A stretch of 64,000 nt of DNA from Amoebidium appalachense (GCA_963693365.1 CAVNZM010000001.1:20034125-20098124); one strand, 5' to 3'; shown: positions 1-14,950, numbered from the stretch's first letter. Notes: generated from the sequence alone by a model not told the origin. Numbers and translations are program-made.

Positions 1-559
1 ACGCTGAACCCAACCCGACCAACCCTTTGTCCCACAGTCCGACTAACGCTCAGATGCAACAAAGAAGCCGGTTGTTACATTTCACATTGGCTGCTTGTAG
101 GTAATCATGGGTGTTACAGTTACTGTTTCAGTTCATATCCCGCTCACATTGTGACAGTTGCTTGAGCCTCTGTGCGCATGCGCATTCACTGTGCTCTTAA
201 CCTTCATTTAAAACTCAGTGTGAAAACCCCAATGCTTTCATCTTCACACAGCGAGACCATCTACAAATCGTGGGGAAATGGTACCCATGTGAGTCAGTTG
301 TGGCCTCTGCAATGAACAAGTTGCGTGGCCACCAGTCAATAATTGGAAGTCTTATTTAGGTACCGGGTACGTGTGTGTTTGTGTTGTTTAGAAGACGAGG
401 AGGGGGTGTTGTGATGCCCACCTGTGTTTTTAAATTCCGGTTCCGCATCATCAGTGGCGTCCATTTTCGTTGAAAATACACGTGGTGTGTCAAAGCCAAA
501 TTACCGTGCAGAAAGAAGCCCGACCGAGTCAGTGTTGCGTTTAGCTCTAGGAGGCCATT

Positions 560-881
560 CCCCGGAGGGTTGCATACACAGCTCCCGTGTGTGTCGTCAA
601 GGTGAACATGCATGGGTGGGGGATGGATTTGGAGGGGTGGGCAGGTTGGTCTAAATGTGAGTCACGTTTTGCCACATCATGCACATCTGCCACATCACGC
701 AACCAGTACTACTCGCAGGGTGTTGACCCTTCCAAGGACACAACAGGAAACTGGAAGCGTGTGGGTGTGTGCAAGCCGATGAACACTGTCCCCTACGTGC
801 CCCCCAAGAGGGTCGTGGGTGCCTACTACACGAACTGGGCCCAGTACCGCCAGGCAAAGCCCTACGTCCCTGAGGTGTGTC

Positions 882-912
<31 letters not shown>

Positions 913-1042
913 GCACGCGCGGTTAAGGGCCCCGGAGGGTTGCATACACAGCTCCCGTGTGTGTCGTCAAGGTGAACATGCATGGGTGGGGGATGGATTT
1001 GGAGGGGTGAGAAGGTTGGTCTAAATGTGAGTCACGTTTTGC
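560..1042. repeat. ~113-bp direct repeat (560-672 and 930-1042) flanking a chitinase exon
   Basis: ccccggagggttgcatacacagctccc...ctaaatgtgagtcacgttttgc occurs twice, 370 bp apart, with about 2 mismatches. Confidence 0.95.
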
Positions 1043-1550
1043 AACGGCACGGGCATGCTGGGCCCTCATCGCAATCGTCACGCCTACTGGCGTGTGCTTC
1101 GCACATTGATGGTTTTAGTTCATTACCACATGTCTAGAACCTTTGGCGCGCACAAAAAAAGTCTTTATAAAACAATAAAAAAGGAGGAGTATCACGTGAT
1201 AAGTAACCAACCACATCACAGAACAAGCAAGACCTGACGCTTGCGCCGTTTGAGTGGAACGATGTGCGCACGGACACGGACTACAAGCAGTGCATGTACT
1301 ACCGCCTGCTGGCCCACGTCAAGAAGCAGAACCCCAGCATCAAGGTCATGTTATCGTACGTGGCCCCACCCCCACTCTTTTGATATCAGTTCACCTTAGT
1401 GTTACAGTACTCAAACTGGAATGTTGTGCAGTCCTTACCCCTCTCATCCTCCGCCCCCTCCTTTTCCCTCCCCCCCCCCCCCCCCCCCCCCCCCCCAATC
1501 TCCTACATACCCCATCTTCCCACCACCTCGTAGTCTCCCACCTGCAGCCC

Positions 1551-1581
<31 letters not shown>

Positions 1582-2438
1582 AAAAAAGAAAGAAAAAAAA
1601 AAAGAAAACTTTAAACGGCCCCAGCCGTCCGCCTTTTTTCTGCAGTGCAAACATCCCCCACTACCCCTTCCCCCCACCCTCCACGCACACACATATGCAC
1701 ACAAAACAAAAACAAACAAAAGCAGCAGTTCCCACTTGCTTATAAGACGATGTTTCATGCAGGCTGGGTGGGTGGAACTTCAGCAAGGGCACAGCGCCTG
1801 GGTCTACAGCGTGGCCAAGGATGTGTTCCCCAATGTGGTCAAGCCAGAGAACAGGGCCAAGTTCTGCACCAACAGCAATCAGCTTTGTGCGTGAGCACTA
1901 CTTTGACGGCATCGACTTCGACTGGGTACAGCCCCCATACCCCCCCCCCCCCCCCCCCCCCCCCCCCGTCCTCCCCCCCCCCCCCCCCCCCCCCACACCT
2001 CCCCCACCCCCCTCCCCCTTCCCCCAACCCGGGTGGCCCTTGCGCTTTCTCTCTGCAATCATGGACTTCCTCTTTTGGTTCTGTGTTTTTCGTCCTGCAA
2101 TAAGATCTACTCGGGGCCTCCTCCCGTTCCCACTGCCCCCCCCTTCCCTCACCTCCTCCACTTTCCCCCTCGCCCCCCGTCCCTCCACACCGTCGCCGCC
2201 ACCCTACAGTACCGTCCTTCACCCCCAGACACCCCCCCCCTCCCCTCCCCCCTTCCTCCCCCCGTCCCCTCCCCCCCCAAAAAAAAAATTAAAAAAAAAT
2301 ATGGAAAAAAAAAAAAAGGTGCCCTCTCCTCCCTTTACTTATCCCTTACATCGCCGCCATTACTATACAGCCTCCCTGCCTTCTGTGCACCGTCCCCTCC
2401 GCTTTCGCACAAACATCTTTCTCGTTCCCCCTTAGGAG

Positions 2439-2477
<39 letters not shown>

Positions 2478-3467
2478 CATTCAAACCCCACCAGTCTTCT
2501 TTCAGAGGTGTCCTTTCAGGACAGACCACTGTGTGGAGACCGCTTTACTTCCATGCAACCGGGCATGGTTGCTCTGTGTCGTGCATCTGTAAGCACATAC
2601 ACATTTTTGGCTGCACTGCTTTAGTTTGCACACACATCTTCACCGTTTTGCTCACCTTGCTTGCATAAGCAACCCTGCTCGTCTTTGATCAAGACGGGTT
2701 GACCCTCCCAAGTTCAGTTGATGCTGCTGTCTGAGTTGGAGAGTCGGATATACGCGGGCTAAGGGGTCGAAACTCAGACGCAATTGATGACTTGGGCCTT
2801 CCCTGAGGATGGGCTCTGTTTATGACGCATACTGTGCGCATGGCTGATGTTGCATACTTGAATGTTTGCCTGTGCATGTGTCCTGCACCATGCTTCTCAT
2901 CGTGTATGCGTACTTCGTACCGTGTTCCGCATTCAACCCCCCCCCCCCCCCCCCCCCCCCTCGCCCCCCGGGACCCCAAATCCCCTACCCCACGTCTCCT
3001 CACTCACGACAAAAAAGGCTTCCCCGTATATTCCCAGTTGATCTCATGCCCTCCCACCACCAACCACCACCACAAACTCAACTCAACCTCCCCTCTCCCC
3101 CCCAAACTCACCCCTTTCGCACCTATCCCACCCATCACTAACGGTTACCTCCCTCCTCCCCCCCCCCCCCCCCCCCCCCCCCCCACCCCACCCCAGGAAT
3201 ACCCCGCCAATGTTGAGGCCAACTACCCCAACCAGGCGCTGCAGCGTGAGCAGTACACCGGGCTTCTGCGCACGTGCCACAGCATCTTTGCCCAGGAGGC
3301 CCAGACCAGCGGCAAGCCCCGGCTGCTGTTCACCACGGCCACATGGGCCAACCACCAGGGCATTAGCTCGGCCTATGAAGTCGCTAAGGTGAATGCCGCT
3401 AACCCCCGCACCACTACACTACTATGCCCTTGTCCCCCCCTCCCCCCCCCCTTCTTTGCCCCTGTCA

Positions 3468-3499
<32 letters not shown>

Positions 3500-4333
3500 C
3501 AATACCATTTATTGTAGCATCCGTTGTTCAGGAGTGTCCACAGGGGGCACCCACTATTTCAATCACCCTCACTTCCTCCCCCCGCCCCCTCGGGTCCCTT
3601 CCCTTCTTCCCCCCGCCCCCACCCCCACCCCCCCCCCCCCCCCCTGCCTCCCTTCCCTTCCGCCCCACCCCCCTCCCCCCTCACTCCCCCCCCCCCCCTC
3701 CCCCCCCCCCCCCTGCCGCCACCCGCCGCTCGCCCCGGAGTCGTGGCTCCTGGTGTCAGCAACCCCTCTGGTCCCTCGACACAATAACATTCCACCACTA
3801 ACCCATTCCCGTTCCCTCACGACTCCCCACCCCCACACTTGCCCACATGCCCCTCCCCCCTTCCCCCCCCCCCCCCCCCCCCCCACCCACGCGCACACAC
3901 ACACAACACCCCCACAGATCCAGAGTATTTCGACCACATCTTCATCATGTCATACGACATGTACGGCGCATGGGAGCCCGTCGCTCGTCCACACACAGCC
4001 CTCCGCCCACCACCCTTCATCACGCAATACAACGAGACCGCAGACAAGATGTTTTTAGTTCAGAGGGGGGTTCAAGAATGGGTTAATTTTGGTGCCCCCC
4101 CAAGCAAGGTTGTTCTTGGGCTTGGCACATATGGGCGGTGTGTATATCTGCAAAACAACACCCTCCCCCTGGCCCAGACCAACCCCTCTCGTTTCCATGC
4201 AAAGGGAACTCTTCCCCCCCCCCCCCCCCCCTCCCCCCCCACACCTCCCGGCTTCCCACGGCCAACTTTCCATGCAAAAGGAACCATTCCCCGGCTTCCC
4301 GGGCCCAACCCAACTTTCCCTCACTCTCAATAA
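707..4333 (+). CDS. GH18 chitinase with N-terminal CBM5/12-like chitin-binding segment; multi-exon, 5' and 3' ends uncertain, contains frameshifts
   Basis: Exons: ~707-874 (YYSQGVDP..GNWKRVGVC..RVVGAYYTNWAQYR), 1222-1355 (FEWND..KKQNPSIKVMLS), 1763-1925 (LGGWNF..FVREHYFDGIDFDW), 3198-3388 (EYP..SGKPRLLFT), ~3919-4210 (FDHIFIMSYDMYGAW..GAPPSKVVLGLGTYGR). The catalytic DxDxE motif is split by a GT-AG intron. Compensating indels near 1800-1875 and an indel near 3920. Confidence 0.9.
2555..2936 (+). mobile_element. Interspersed non-coding repeat, copy A (chitinase intron)
   Basis: Highly similar to 16236-16592 over ~360 bp; ends in cgcattcaa followed by poly-C. Confidence 0.75.
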
Positions 4334-6009
4334 ATTCACACCTCCTTCCTTTTCCGTTATCCCGGCATCCGAGTCTTTTCCATTTTTCTCATGCCCCTCA
4401 GTTTCAACAGTTCTCGTGGCAAATTTGCATTCTGGGACTGCCCCCCCCCTTCCCCCCCCCCTCTGACGGTCAACACTCAGATAAAAAATGGGAAGTTTTT
4501 GTTCTTGGTTGTATAGGTGGCTACGCACGATCCCCAGGAATTCCAAATTGTTTTAAAAAAAAAAAGGTTACACATATGTATGTAGCATGTAAATAGGGAG
4601 AAAAAAGACCTCGCCAGACTGGAAAAAGTTTAATTAAATATTAAATTAATTATATTGGATTATATTTGGATTAGATTTTGATCTATTGCTGCTGTTACTT
4701 GGCTTGGTCGAGGCCTTAGTTTACTCTCTGAGAGTCTAACTATATTGGAAACCAGCAGAAATATGAGTAGCCCCCCAAGCATATACTGTAAGTTAGTTTT
4801 GGGGTACTTTCTTCCTTAGTGCAGGCCGCCAATCAACTGAATTGCTTTTATTCCTCATAGTGTGATTGGCTGTATGGGAAGCTTGTCATCTAAGGAATCC
4901 ATGAACTATAAAATATGATCATTATTCCCGGCCATTCTGCGCGATATTCTGGTTTTAGGTGGTAGCCACATAAGAACTACAACACTGCACCATCACGGGC
5001 GCGATGACACTGGAACACTAGCATCCTATAATTATTTCTTTTCTGTTTTTGATTATAAAAATCACATTAGTACGCCCCCCACATAGATTACGAAGCTGCT
5101 TAATTAGTTATGCTCCTGCTTCATATTGCAATGGCATGGTCACTTCCAAACGTTTCTGAAATGTTAACCGGGAACCCAATTTGTATTTCTCACCCTGTTT
5201 GATCGTTTTCGGCTGTGCTCAACCGTGCGCTCAAAGGAAACATAGCATGGGATAGGTCGACCACTCGAGAAAGCAAGCGTTTTGTGAGGCAAATAGCACC
5301 TTGAGTTCACTTGATAACACACAGACAAAGGATAACATCCAGGATTAGAGATTGCCTAAAGGTAACACCCTGTCGCTTCCTTCACTTTTATTGTGTTCCA
5401 TTATGTGATAGTACTTTAAAAGTTAGGCGATGTAGTTTAGCTGATCGCAAGGGAGTTGGTGGACTAAGCAGCCAACAGCACTGCCGTGTGAGCGCATGTA
5501 CCGCAACCGGTAACCTAGATTCTGATTGTCCTCAGTTTTTTTTTAGACGGTGGTTGTTAAATTCTTTTTTGCAATAGTTGAAATACCTGCAAATCTGTTT
5601 AAACAGGGGGAAGAAACGCAGGAACTGTGCTTTTGATCAGAGGCTACCGTTCTTGTCTCTGTAGTTTGTTAACGAATCACACCTGGTTCTTCTTTTACTT
5701 TGCGACCGCGTTACACATCCTCATTCCCGCCTTATTAGCAGACGGGCTTCCTCGTTTTCTCGGTGCAACATCTTTCCTCCCCTCTCTCTCCGACTCCGCA
5801 CTGCCCCATCAAATCTTTCCTACCCATGGTTCTCATCCGTGCATCATTACCTTATTTCTCACCCACTCCCTGCTGGCCCATCTTTCCCTACCACCCCGAA
5901 AGCCTCCTACATACGTGCGCATCTACATCCTTGCTCTATGTTCACCTGACCGTTGTGTAATTCCCTTCAGCACATACACTATACCTCAGCACCTCTTGCC
6001 CACCACACC

Positions 6010-6427
6010 ATGGGTGGGTTACGTCACTATGTGACCTGTGCAGCCACTGTCTTGCTGTCGGCCTCACAGGCCCACAGTTGGGGGCCGGCCAATGGTAACG
6101 GCACACTGGGCCTGAAGACACTCATATTGTCTAAGTCAGGGCGTGATCTCGTCATCCCAAGGCTGGTGGTGGTGAGTACTGTGTACACAAATGAACACAC
6201 ACGCACTAAAAAACAGGCACACACACTTCCCCCGCCCCCCTCCGTCCCCCCCCCCCCCCCCCTCCCCCTTCCCCTCAGCCTCCTTTCCAAGGAATATGCA
6301 TGATGAAAGCGCGCAAGTATATTCAATACTCAGCACACACACGCGCGCACGCACACAGCCACACGGGCCTGCACCTGCAAGCATCCACACAAGCACGTTT
6401 GCTAAGCACACGTCGTACAGGCACGCC

Positions 6428-6488
<61 letters not shown>

Positions 6489-9400
6489 GTACAAGTGTGT
6501 GCGGGGGGTGCAGTCACGCAACCAACACACATACACACTTGCGCTTGCACACCCACACACACGTACAAAGAAGCTAGATGCCCCAGCAATCGTGTGTCTT
6601 TGCTTCATCGTTCTCAACCAAACACCCAAACATCTTTAACCTCCCCTTGAACTCTTGTTCCCCTTTCCCCTGCAGGATGGATTCGACAGTGTATGGGCCA
6701 GCAGCAGCACTCTCCCCTCCAACAAAACAAACGAGTACCAGACAGTGGTCGTGGCGCACAAGTATGCACACACACATACACATACATGTGTACAGTACGG
6801 GCACACGTGCACACTTGCACTATACACACACACAGTCGCATTCTCTCCAAGCTCCCCCAATCCCCTCTATATATCCTACTCCCTAGCCCCCCCCCCCCCC
6901 CCTCCCCCTCTTTGATGCACTTGGAGGCATGTCCACACTGTCTCCCACCATCTCATCTCAAACGTAGACACACGGGTGCACAACACTGTGTTGCACTTGC
7001 AAACATAGACCCATATGCACATATCTTAACACCCTTGTGCATGCATTGTGGACCGTAGCATGCATATGTATGCTTGCGTGTGCCCGTATACACCCAACCA
7101 ATTGCAGCACACAAGCGATGTGCATTTATGCGCATATATATATATATGGCATGTAGACATGCATTTTGCACGCACAAACACTAGCTTGATGCCCCCCCCC
7201 CCCCCCCCCCCCCCAATAATAATAATAATAATAATAAATAAAAATAAAAATAAAAATAAAATAAAAATGAAAGAATAACAAAAATAAATCAAAAATAAAA
7301 TTAGAGAGAACATGCATATGCACCCAATCGCGTGCCCACATACGCGTGCGTGCGCGAGCGCACACGCACACACACCTTCTAAATACGGTTTCGGCTCGAG
7401 ATTTGTGTATCCAATCGGATGTGTGTTTTGGAAAAATGGTGTGGGCAGGGCGCGGGCGGGAAGGGGGGAGGGGAGGGGGGGGGGGGGGGGGGGGGGGGGC
7501 GGGGGTCTCAAGGGATTGGGTACTAAAGAGAGAAGATTTACGATCATACGAACAGGGAAGGAAAATAGGAAAATTAGGAGAGGATGTGTTGAATTTTGGT
7601 TCGACTACCAAAGCAATGGGCACCAGTCCTTACAACATTTATTCACCGCACAAGTGACAAACCCTCACCCGTTTTGGCAACAAGGAACGAATTTACACAG
7701 AGATAAGCACATACTAACAGGCACACCCACAGCCAGCTCAACACAGCCGAGCAAGAGCAACTGCGCAGCTATGGCCGCAGCTCAGGTGCCCGCATCGTCT
7801 ACCTTAACCCCACCGTGGAGCAGATGAAAGGCGTGACAGCCACCAATTCATCCGGTATCATCCCCTCCCCCCGCCTCCCCCCTCCCCCCTCTCCCCCCCC
7901 TGCGCCCTCTCGCGCCCATATATTCTTGTATGTGTTTTGGGGTTGTTTTTGTTGGCTTCTGTTTTTTGAATTATTTCAGTCTTTTTGTGTTTCCCCTGAT
8001 AACGACTAAGCCTGCACTTCACGATTTTACACACAGGACTCAATAATATGTTCATTCTAGGATCAGTTAGTGCCACATATAGCTAAAGCCAATCCATATA
8101 TGGGCAAAGCCAACCCATGTAAAGGCAAAGAAATCATGTCGTCGGGCGTGGCCGTGATCTGTGACGGCCATACTGACGTGATATTGACATCTTAGCGCCT
8201 AATACCAGCATCAAGCACATTGTTGTCTTCCTCCTACTCCCCCCTTTGAAGCCGCCCCCTTCTCTCTGGTGAGGAAAAAAAGAAAAGAAAAAAAACCCAC
8301 TCACCAGCATATGCTTGTAAACGCATATGCTAGAAGGTGCTACATGCACAGGCAGTGGATTCCTTCTTTTTTTTGTCTTTGCCGGAACTCGAGGCGACCA
8401 TGTGCCACACACGCTCTACATAAAACATCTTCGGCCACACCATTCATACAGACGAGCACAAGCACACACAAGAACAGCACTGTTACGCACACGGGTACAT
8501 CACACTTGACACAACCACACACAATAACACAACAAAACTCTATGCACTTCTCATGCACTCGCAACATCATTTCTCCCTCCCTCCCTTTCCTCTGCTTTTC
8601 TCTTTCCCTGAGACTTTGTCCTTTGCACCTCATCCTCACCCCCCCCCCCCCCCCCCCCCCCCCCGCCTGCAGGCAAGTACATTGTGTGGGATACGAGTGA
8701 TGCGGCTAAGCAGATTGCCGACATTCTTAATACAGACACAGCCTATGACGTATGCGTCCCCCCCTTAACCCCCCCCCCCCCCCCCCCCCCCTCTCCCCGG
8801 CCGTCTGCCCCCCAAAACCTTCCCCCGTTCCGCGGCTCCCCCTTTCCTTTCACTTCGAGAACAGTTTCTGTGTTGTCCGAGACAAAGCACATTGGATGTC
8901 ATCTTATCACGCTCGAACACGAGTGTTCGGGCGGTGTATCTGCATTCCGATACACTAACATGATCCGGGTGATATTTGCATTGCGATACACTAACATGAT
9001 CCGGGTGATGTTTGCATTGCGATATACTAACATGATCCGGGTGGTATTTGCATTGCGATACACTGACATGATCCGGGTGGTATTTGCATTGCGATACACT
9101 GACATGATCGGGGTGGTATTTGCATTGCGATACACTAACATGATCCGGGTGGTATTTGCATTGCGATACACTAACATGATCCGGGTGGTATTTGCATTGC
9201 GATACACTAACATGATCCGGGTGGTATTTGCATTGCGATACACTAACATGATCCGGGTGGTATTTGCGTCATGATATACTAGCACGGCCAGGTGATTTAT
9301 TAACATTGTCATACACTAACATGGCCCAGGTGGTATATCTGCGTTGTGGTGTATTAATTAAAATGATCCAGGTGATATACAAACATTGGGATCCATTTGC

Positions 9401-9922
9401 ATTATAATATACTAGCATGGCCCGGTGATGTTATACGGAACCGGCATACGGTCAACAAAGTCTTTTTTCCCTTCTGAATCCATTATTCACGTGTTGTTTA
9501 GTGTGTTTCCAGTGCATGATAGAACCACAACATTCATGACATTTTCTGAAAGTTCACGCAAATATCCCCCCCCCCCCCCCCCTACCCCCTACCCCCTTTC
9601 CCCAGGCCACCAACACCAGCGCATTGAACCCCAAGGGGGTGACTGCCAGTGGAAATTCAGCCGCGGCATTCCTCCGCTACAGCGACACTGCCTCTCGTAT
9701 GTTCCCATATGCTTTTGTTTTTATTCCTGCCGTGCTCCCTACCACCACCACAAAAAAAGAGTTGAAAGCAAGAATAGCGACAGAGCAAAACATTGAAAAC
9801 TCACCCTCATACAGTTGGGTGGTGTGCCCTTTGTAGCCCTTCTCTACTTTGTCCTTTCTCACTGGGTCTACCTTGGTCTTTGTGCACCTGTTAGGTTCAA
9901 CCTCCTCCTCCCCCCCCCCCCC

Positions 9923-9960
<38 letters not shown>

Positions 9961-10372
9961 TAGCTATTCATGTTCAATGACTCTATCCGGAACCTTTTTT
10001 CGTTTTCGTTTAGTTCTTTTATTTTTCTTCTTGCCCGCTGCCTTTGTGGTCGATAGCACTGCACAAAGGTATAAACAATGTTTTCATCTTCTGTGTTTCC
10101 GTTTAGCGATGGACACACTGTTGTTCTGCTCACACACACGCACGCGCATATTTGGCCACATGCGTGCGCACGTGTGCATGCAGTTCTCTCTCTGCATGCG
10201 TGCCTGTACATGTGCCTTCATTTGCACGTGACGATGCACGTGCACACACGTTTCTGTGCACGTGTGCATGTGCGTGTCACCACTTGCTCACACGTGTCTC
10301 CTCAGCCTCCAGCTCTGGGTCGATTGCTGCTTTCGTCAACACAGATGGTGCCTTGGAGGTTGATCCCCCCCC

Positions 10373-10403
<31 letters not shown>

Positions 10404-11151
10404 ACATACACACATACACATACGCACACATTCCCCGTTGACAGAGGCGCACACACGCACATGCGCACGACCATGCCCTGCTCTATTGTCCTTTAAGGGT
10501 CGGTGTTTTTGCATGTTGTGCTTCAAGTTCCTGTCTTTGAGATATGGGTTACAGAGATTTTTTGTTGTTTTCTTCTTTTGAGTATGTGTGTGCGTTTTTG
10601 GCGTTCTGTATTTGTGTGTTTGTGTTTGGTTTGTGTGTGTGGTGGTCGCGAGGCGGTTGAAGGGGATGGGGAGGGGGGGGGGGCGGACGGGAAGGGGGGG
10701 GGGGGGGAAGAAAGCACACATCATTTCTTGACCTGTTCATGGTGTTACTCTAAATGAAAAGACATGCAGCCACTGACATACATGCATGGCGGCAGGAGAT
10801 GTATTTTACGTTTGATGCCGGGGCACATGAGATGAACTTCTCCCAGCCATTTACTGGCCGCGATGACCCAAACCTGACCCGGGTATGTGCCCTATTGTGC
10901 TGTTTACTGCCCTTCGCTCCCCTATATTCCCCTTTGCTGATGCCGTAACCTCCCCCCTCCCCTCCGGCTTGCATGCAAACAGAGAGAAGAAACACACGGG
11001 TAGAAATCAGACCCAAGAAGACCCACACACCACCTACATCTTTTCTGTAGGTTCACCCATTCAGCGACACAGCCCCCCCTTCCATCCCCCCCCCCCCCCC
11101 CCCCCCCCTCCCTCCCCCCCCCTCGGCCCATCACACGCACACACATACATG

Positions 11152-11185
<34 letters not shown>

Positions 11186-12258
11186 GCCACACACATGCAC
11201 GCGCGTACACACAGACACATTATCATCTCCAACCAGACGTGCGCCGCCTGGTGGTGTATTCACAAAGTTTTCATCTGTGCATGCCATTCTATTGATTGCC
11301 ATACATGCTCTTGATTGTTTTGTTTTCTATTGTCTATACGCCACCCTAACCGCCTCCCTTTTCCTCTACATCTCCCCTCCAACCCCCCCCCCCCCCCCCC
11401 CCCCCCCCCGGCACACACACCTACATGCAAACAGTACGGCACCTTCACCGAGGCCAACCTTGCCCTGGGCACTGTGTGGTTCGTGTGGGGCACGAGGGGG
11501 ATCTATCTCGGAAATCGGCGGCTATATTTACACATGCAGGTCGATGATTGGTTCATCAACACGGAGCTGACCAATGCAGTAACAGACCAAGAGAAGAATT
11601 TCAGGTTGGATCCCCACACAATCCTTGAACCCCCCCCCCCCTCCCTCCCCCCCCCCCCCACCCTCTCCCCCCGTCCTACGCATACCTCTGTTGTCTTCGT
11701 TTCTTGTGGTTTTTGAATGCACACTTCTCAACACGTGCCCCTCCCCCCCCCTCTCGGCGCTCCCCCGGGTCTCCGTGCTAGTGTGTAAGGTAACGACTTT
11801 GCATCTTGTCGGATTCATGTTCAACAGCTGTCATATCAGAATGGGTGTGTATCCCTCTTCTGCTGTATCACAAGGCATTGATATCCCCTTCTATACAGAT
11901 ATCAAACTACAAGAATCACTGCAACTCACCCACATTGAGCCATACCCTCCCACTCATACCTTCCCTACAGACTACCAATTATCTACTGCATAAGCCACAT
12001 CATACTCGTGATATATGTGGTTTGAAGTGTTATCCATGGAATTTCGAGTTATCTCTACTCACGTGTATCCCACACTCCAGAATTGACGAAGCCGACTGCA
12101 ATTTTGTTGTGGAAACACAGAAGGCACTGACCAGTATGCTCCCCAATGGATCGGATATCACCTTTGAGATGGCATTTAACGGCATGGGATATGCACAGGT
12201 GAATTTTCCACGTGTGTTGGTTTGTGTTCTCAGAATACCATGATAGTGTGGTGGTGGT

Positions 12259-12320
<62 letters not shown>

Positions 12321-13155
12321 TGAACTTGTGCGTGTACGTGTACGTGTGTGTAGGTGTTGAGTTTTGAGTCTGTGCATGTCCGGGTGTTTGTGTGTGCGCT
12401 CTTGCTTGGGCGTGACCCCGCATTTCCTTACGACATATCTGGTTTCTTGTGGATGTGAACCATAAAAGGCTATATTCTAACAATTTTGGTTGGGTTTCAG
12501 TACAAGAACGAGGAGAAAGGCTTCGGTGTGGGGCTGACACCGTGCAGTGAAAAGATCAAAAATGACGTCAACTGGGTGAGCCACACGTGGAGCCACAAGC
12601 ATCTGGACTGGAAGGAGGGCTGGGAGTGCAAGGACCAGGAGGGTAGGTTATAGGTTATCTCGCCCGTGTATATCTACCTGTATATCTGCATGTATACCTG
12701 CATAATTTTCTGCATGTATATCTGCCTGCCTGCCTGCCACGGGATTATCTTTTGTAAGGCTTGCTTAGCCCTCAGAACCCAGTATGTACCAGAGAATGGA
12801 AAGGGTTCGGCAAGAGTGAAAGGGAAAGAGAGATAATGTACTGTTGCTACATCTGTTGCGTCAGATCTCCTGCTACTATCTGCCCTATCTCTGCCGTCGT
12901 TGACTTTGTCCGTGTTTGTGGACCATCTCTTTCCGGTTTTCCTTTTCCTGTCTCTTCTTTTTTGTTTGTTGGGGGAAGGGGGGAGGGAGGCGGGAGGGGG
13001 AAGGGGAGGGTAGTTGTTTGCATATTTTGATCACCACACAGGGCACCCCAACAGATGCATCTGCAGCCCGCTTGTGTGGGTGTTGTGTTGTTCAATGTCT
13101 TCCCGTGAGCTTTACAATTAAAATCGTATGGCTGTGCAACACCTTTGACCCATGA

Positions 13156-13186
<31 letters not shown>

Positions 13187-13529
13187 ACCCCCTCCCCCCC
13201 TCCCCCTCCCTTCCCTCCCGTATTCTTGCAAATGAAGACACGTGCAAGGAGACTGCCGATCGCATTCGGGTCGAGCTCGATTGGAATGTGCGGTTGATGA
13301 AGGGGGAGGGGGTCGACCCCGACTCCTTGACATCCTTCAGAGGAGAGGGTATGCGTTCTTCCTCCCTTCCTCATCCTTCCCCCCCGACCCGTTCCCCCTT
13401 TCCCCGCCCCTTCCCCCCGCCTCCCCCCCTCCCCCCCCCTCATGCGTCCACCACCACCACCACCACCACACAGACACACACACACTACCCATGCTCACAC
13501 ACAAAATCACGAAACCACTGACACACGTC

Positions 13530-13573
<44 letters not shown>

Positions 13574-13858
13574 ACCCCACCCACCCCCTTCCTGCTTCCT
13601 GCCAACTCCCTCCCCTTCCTGCCTACAAGGCACCACACCTACACAGCATTCTTATAGCCACCATACCATTCTAGTCACCAACCGTTAATCAGTGTTTATC
13701 GTTGTCATGTTGACTGTCTTCAGCGCTTATCCCGTTCATTTTCATTTCCATCATTTCCTATCAGCCAAATGCGCACCCATATCATGATTTAATCGACTCC
13801 CGATGCCTAAAACATATGTTCACTCGTCTAGACACACTTCTTACATGCCTTAGATTAT

Positions 13859-13905
<47 letters not shown>

Positions 13906-14225
13906 AATAGGTCGAAACTCGGGTACTGTGGATGACGTGGGCCCCCCTGAGGATGGGCTCTGCTTATTATGCATACTCTTTATGTATGGCTTGCATTCTG
14001 CATCGTGTTATCCGTTTGTTCTTGTGTACTTCGTACTTTTTGACGCATTCAAACCCCCCCCCCCCCCCCCCTTCCCCACCACGTGTTGTTGTCTGCTGCC
14101 TATTGAATGCTTGTTACAATACTGTGCACTGCAGGTGGTGTCAATGGTTCTATTCATTACAGAAGGCTAAGTGCATTTGGAGCTCCAACCTTACATCCCT
14201 TATCCCACACATGTGCACACACACA

Positions 14226-14270
<45 letters not shown>

Positions 14271-14950
14271 CATCCACCCCCAAGGGCACCATGTTTGCCG
14301 ACGACCCTGAGGGGTTGGCAAAGCGCTTCAGTGCAAAGTCTTTGGTTCCCCCTGAAATTTCCGGTTTGGTGCCGAAAGATTACAAAGTGGACAAGGGAAA
14401 GCCTAAGGAATACACCAAGGTAATACCTATAACCCCACAAGAGTCCTGGAATTTTTACTCTAGAGTATATAAAAATCGAACCAGATGCATAATATTTCTT
14501 GTTTCTGTCCTGACCTATCATCCCCTTCTGCTCATACGTTTCCTAACATAACACCACTAAGGCTGTGTTTGCTGTGAATTGAATCCTATGATTATGTGAG
14601 ATGCAACTTAAAGTCCTCCCCCCCCCCCCCCCCCCCCCCCATCCCCCCCGCTCTGCTTGTGACGCATGCTGGGCGCATTGGTGATGTTGCATACTTAATA
14701 TTTGCCTCATCGTGTATGTGTACTTCGTGCTGTATATTGCATTCAACCCCCCTTCCCTCTCCCCCCCGAGATGCTCAGCCTAATGTACATAGGTTCGTGT
14801 GCTTGGTTTAGTGTATTGGTCCATATGCTGCGCTCAGGTTTGTCGTCGCTCATCTTTGCACATCATGCTGTACAATGTGCTGCCCCCCTTCCCCCCCCAC
14901 CCCCTTCTCCCCTTCCACCACCACTACCATCCACCCTTTAACCACACCCT

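Noticed and set aside
560-1042. 113-bp direct repeats as LTRs of a second TRIM
   Set aside because: No TG..CA ends, PBS or TSD, and the interior is a chitinase exon.
2730-2820. Hammerhead ribozyme in the interspersed repeat (CGAAAC and CTGAGGA motifs)
   Set aside because: I could not build stem II or place a correct core with an NUH site in any hammerhead topology. An Infernal scan would settle it.
8939-9270. 36-bp repeats as a CRISPR array or a repeat protein (RYTNMIRVVFAL)n
   Set aside because: Units are contiguous with no unique spacers and there are no cas genes. The ORFs on both strands arise only because the unit length is a multiple of 3, and the array is intronic.
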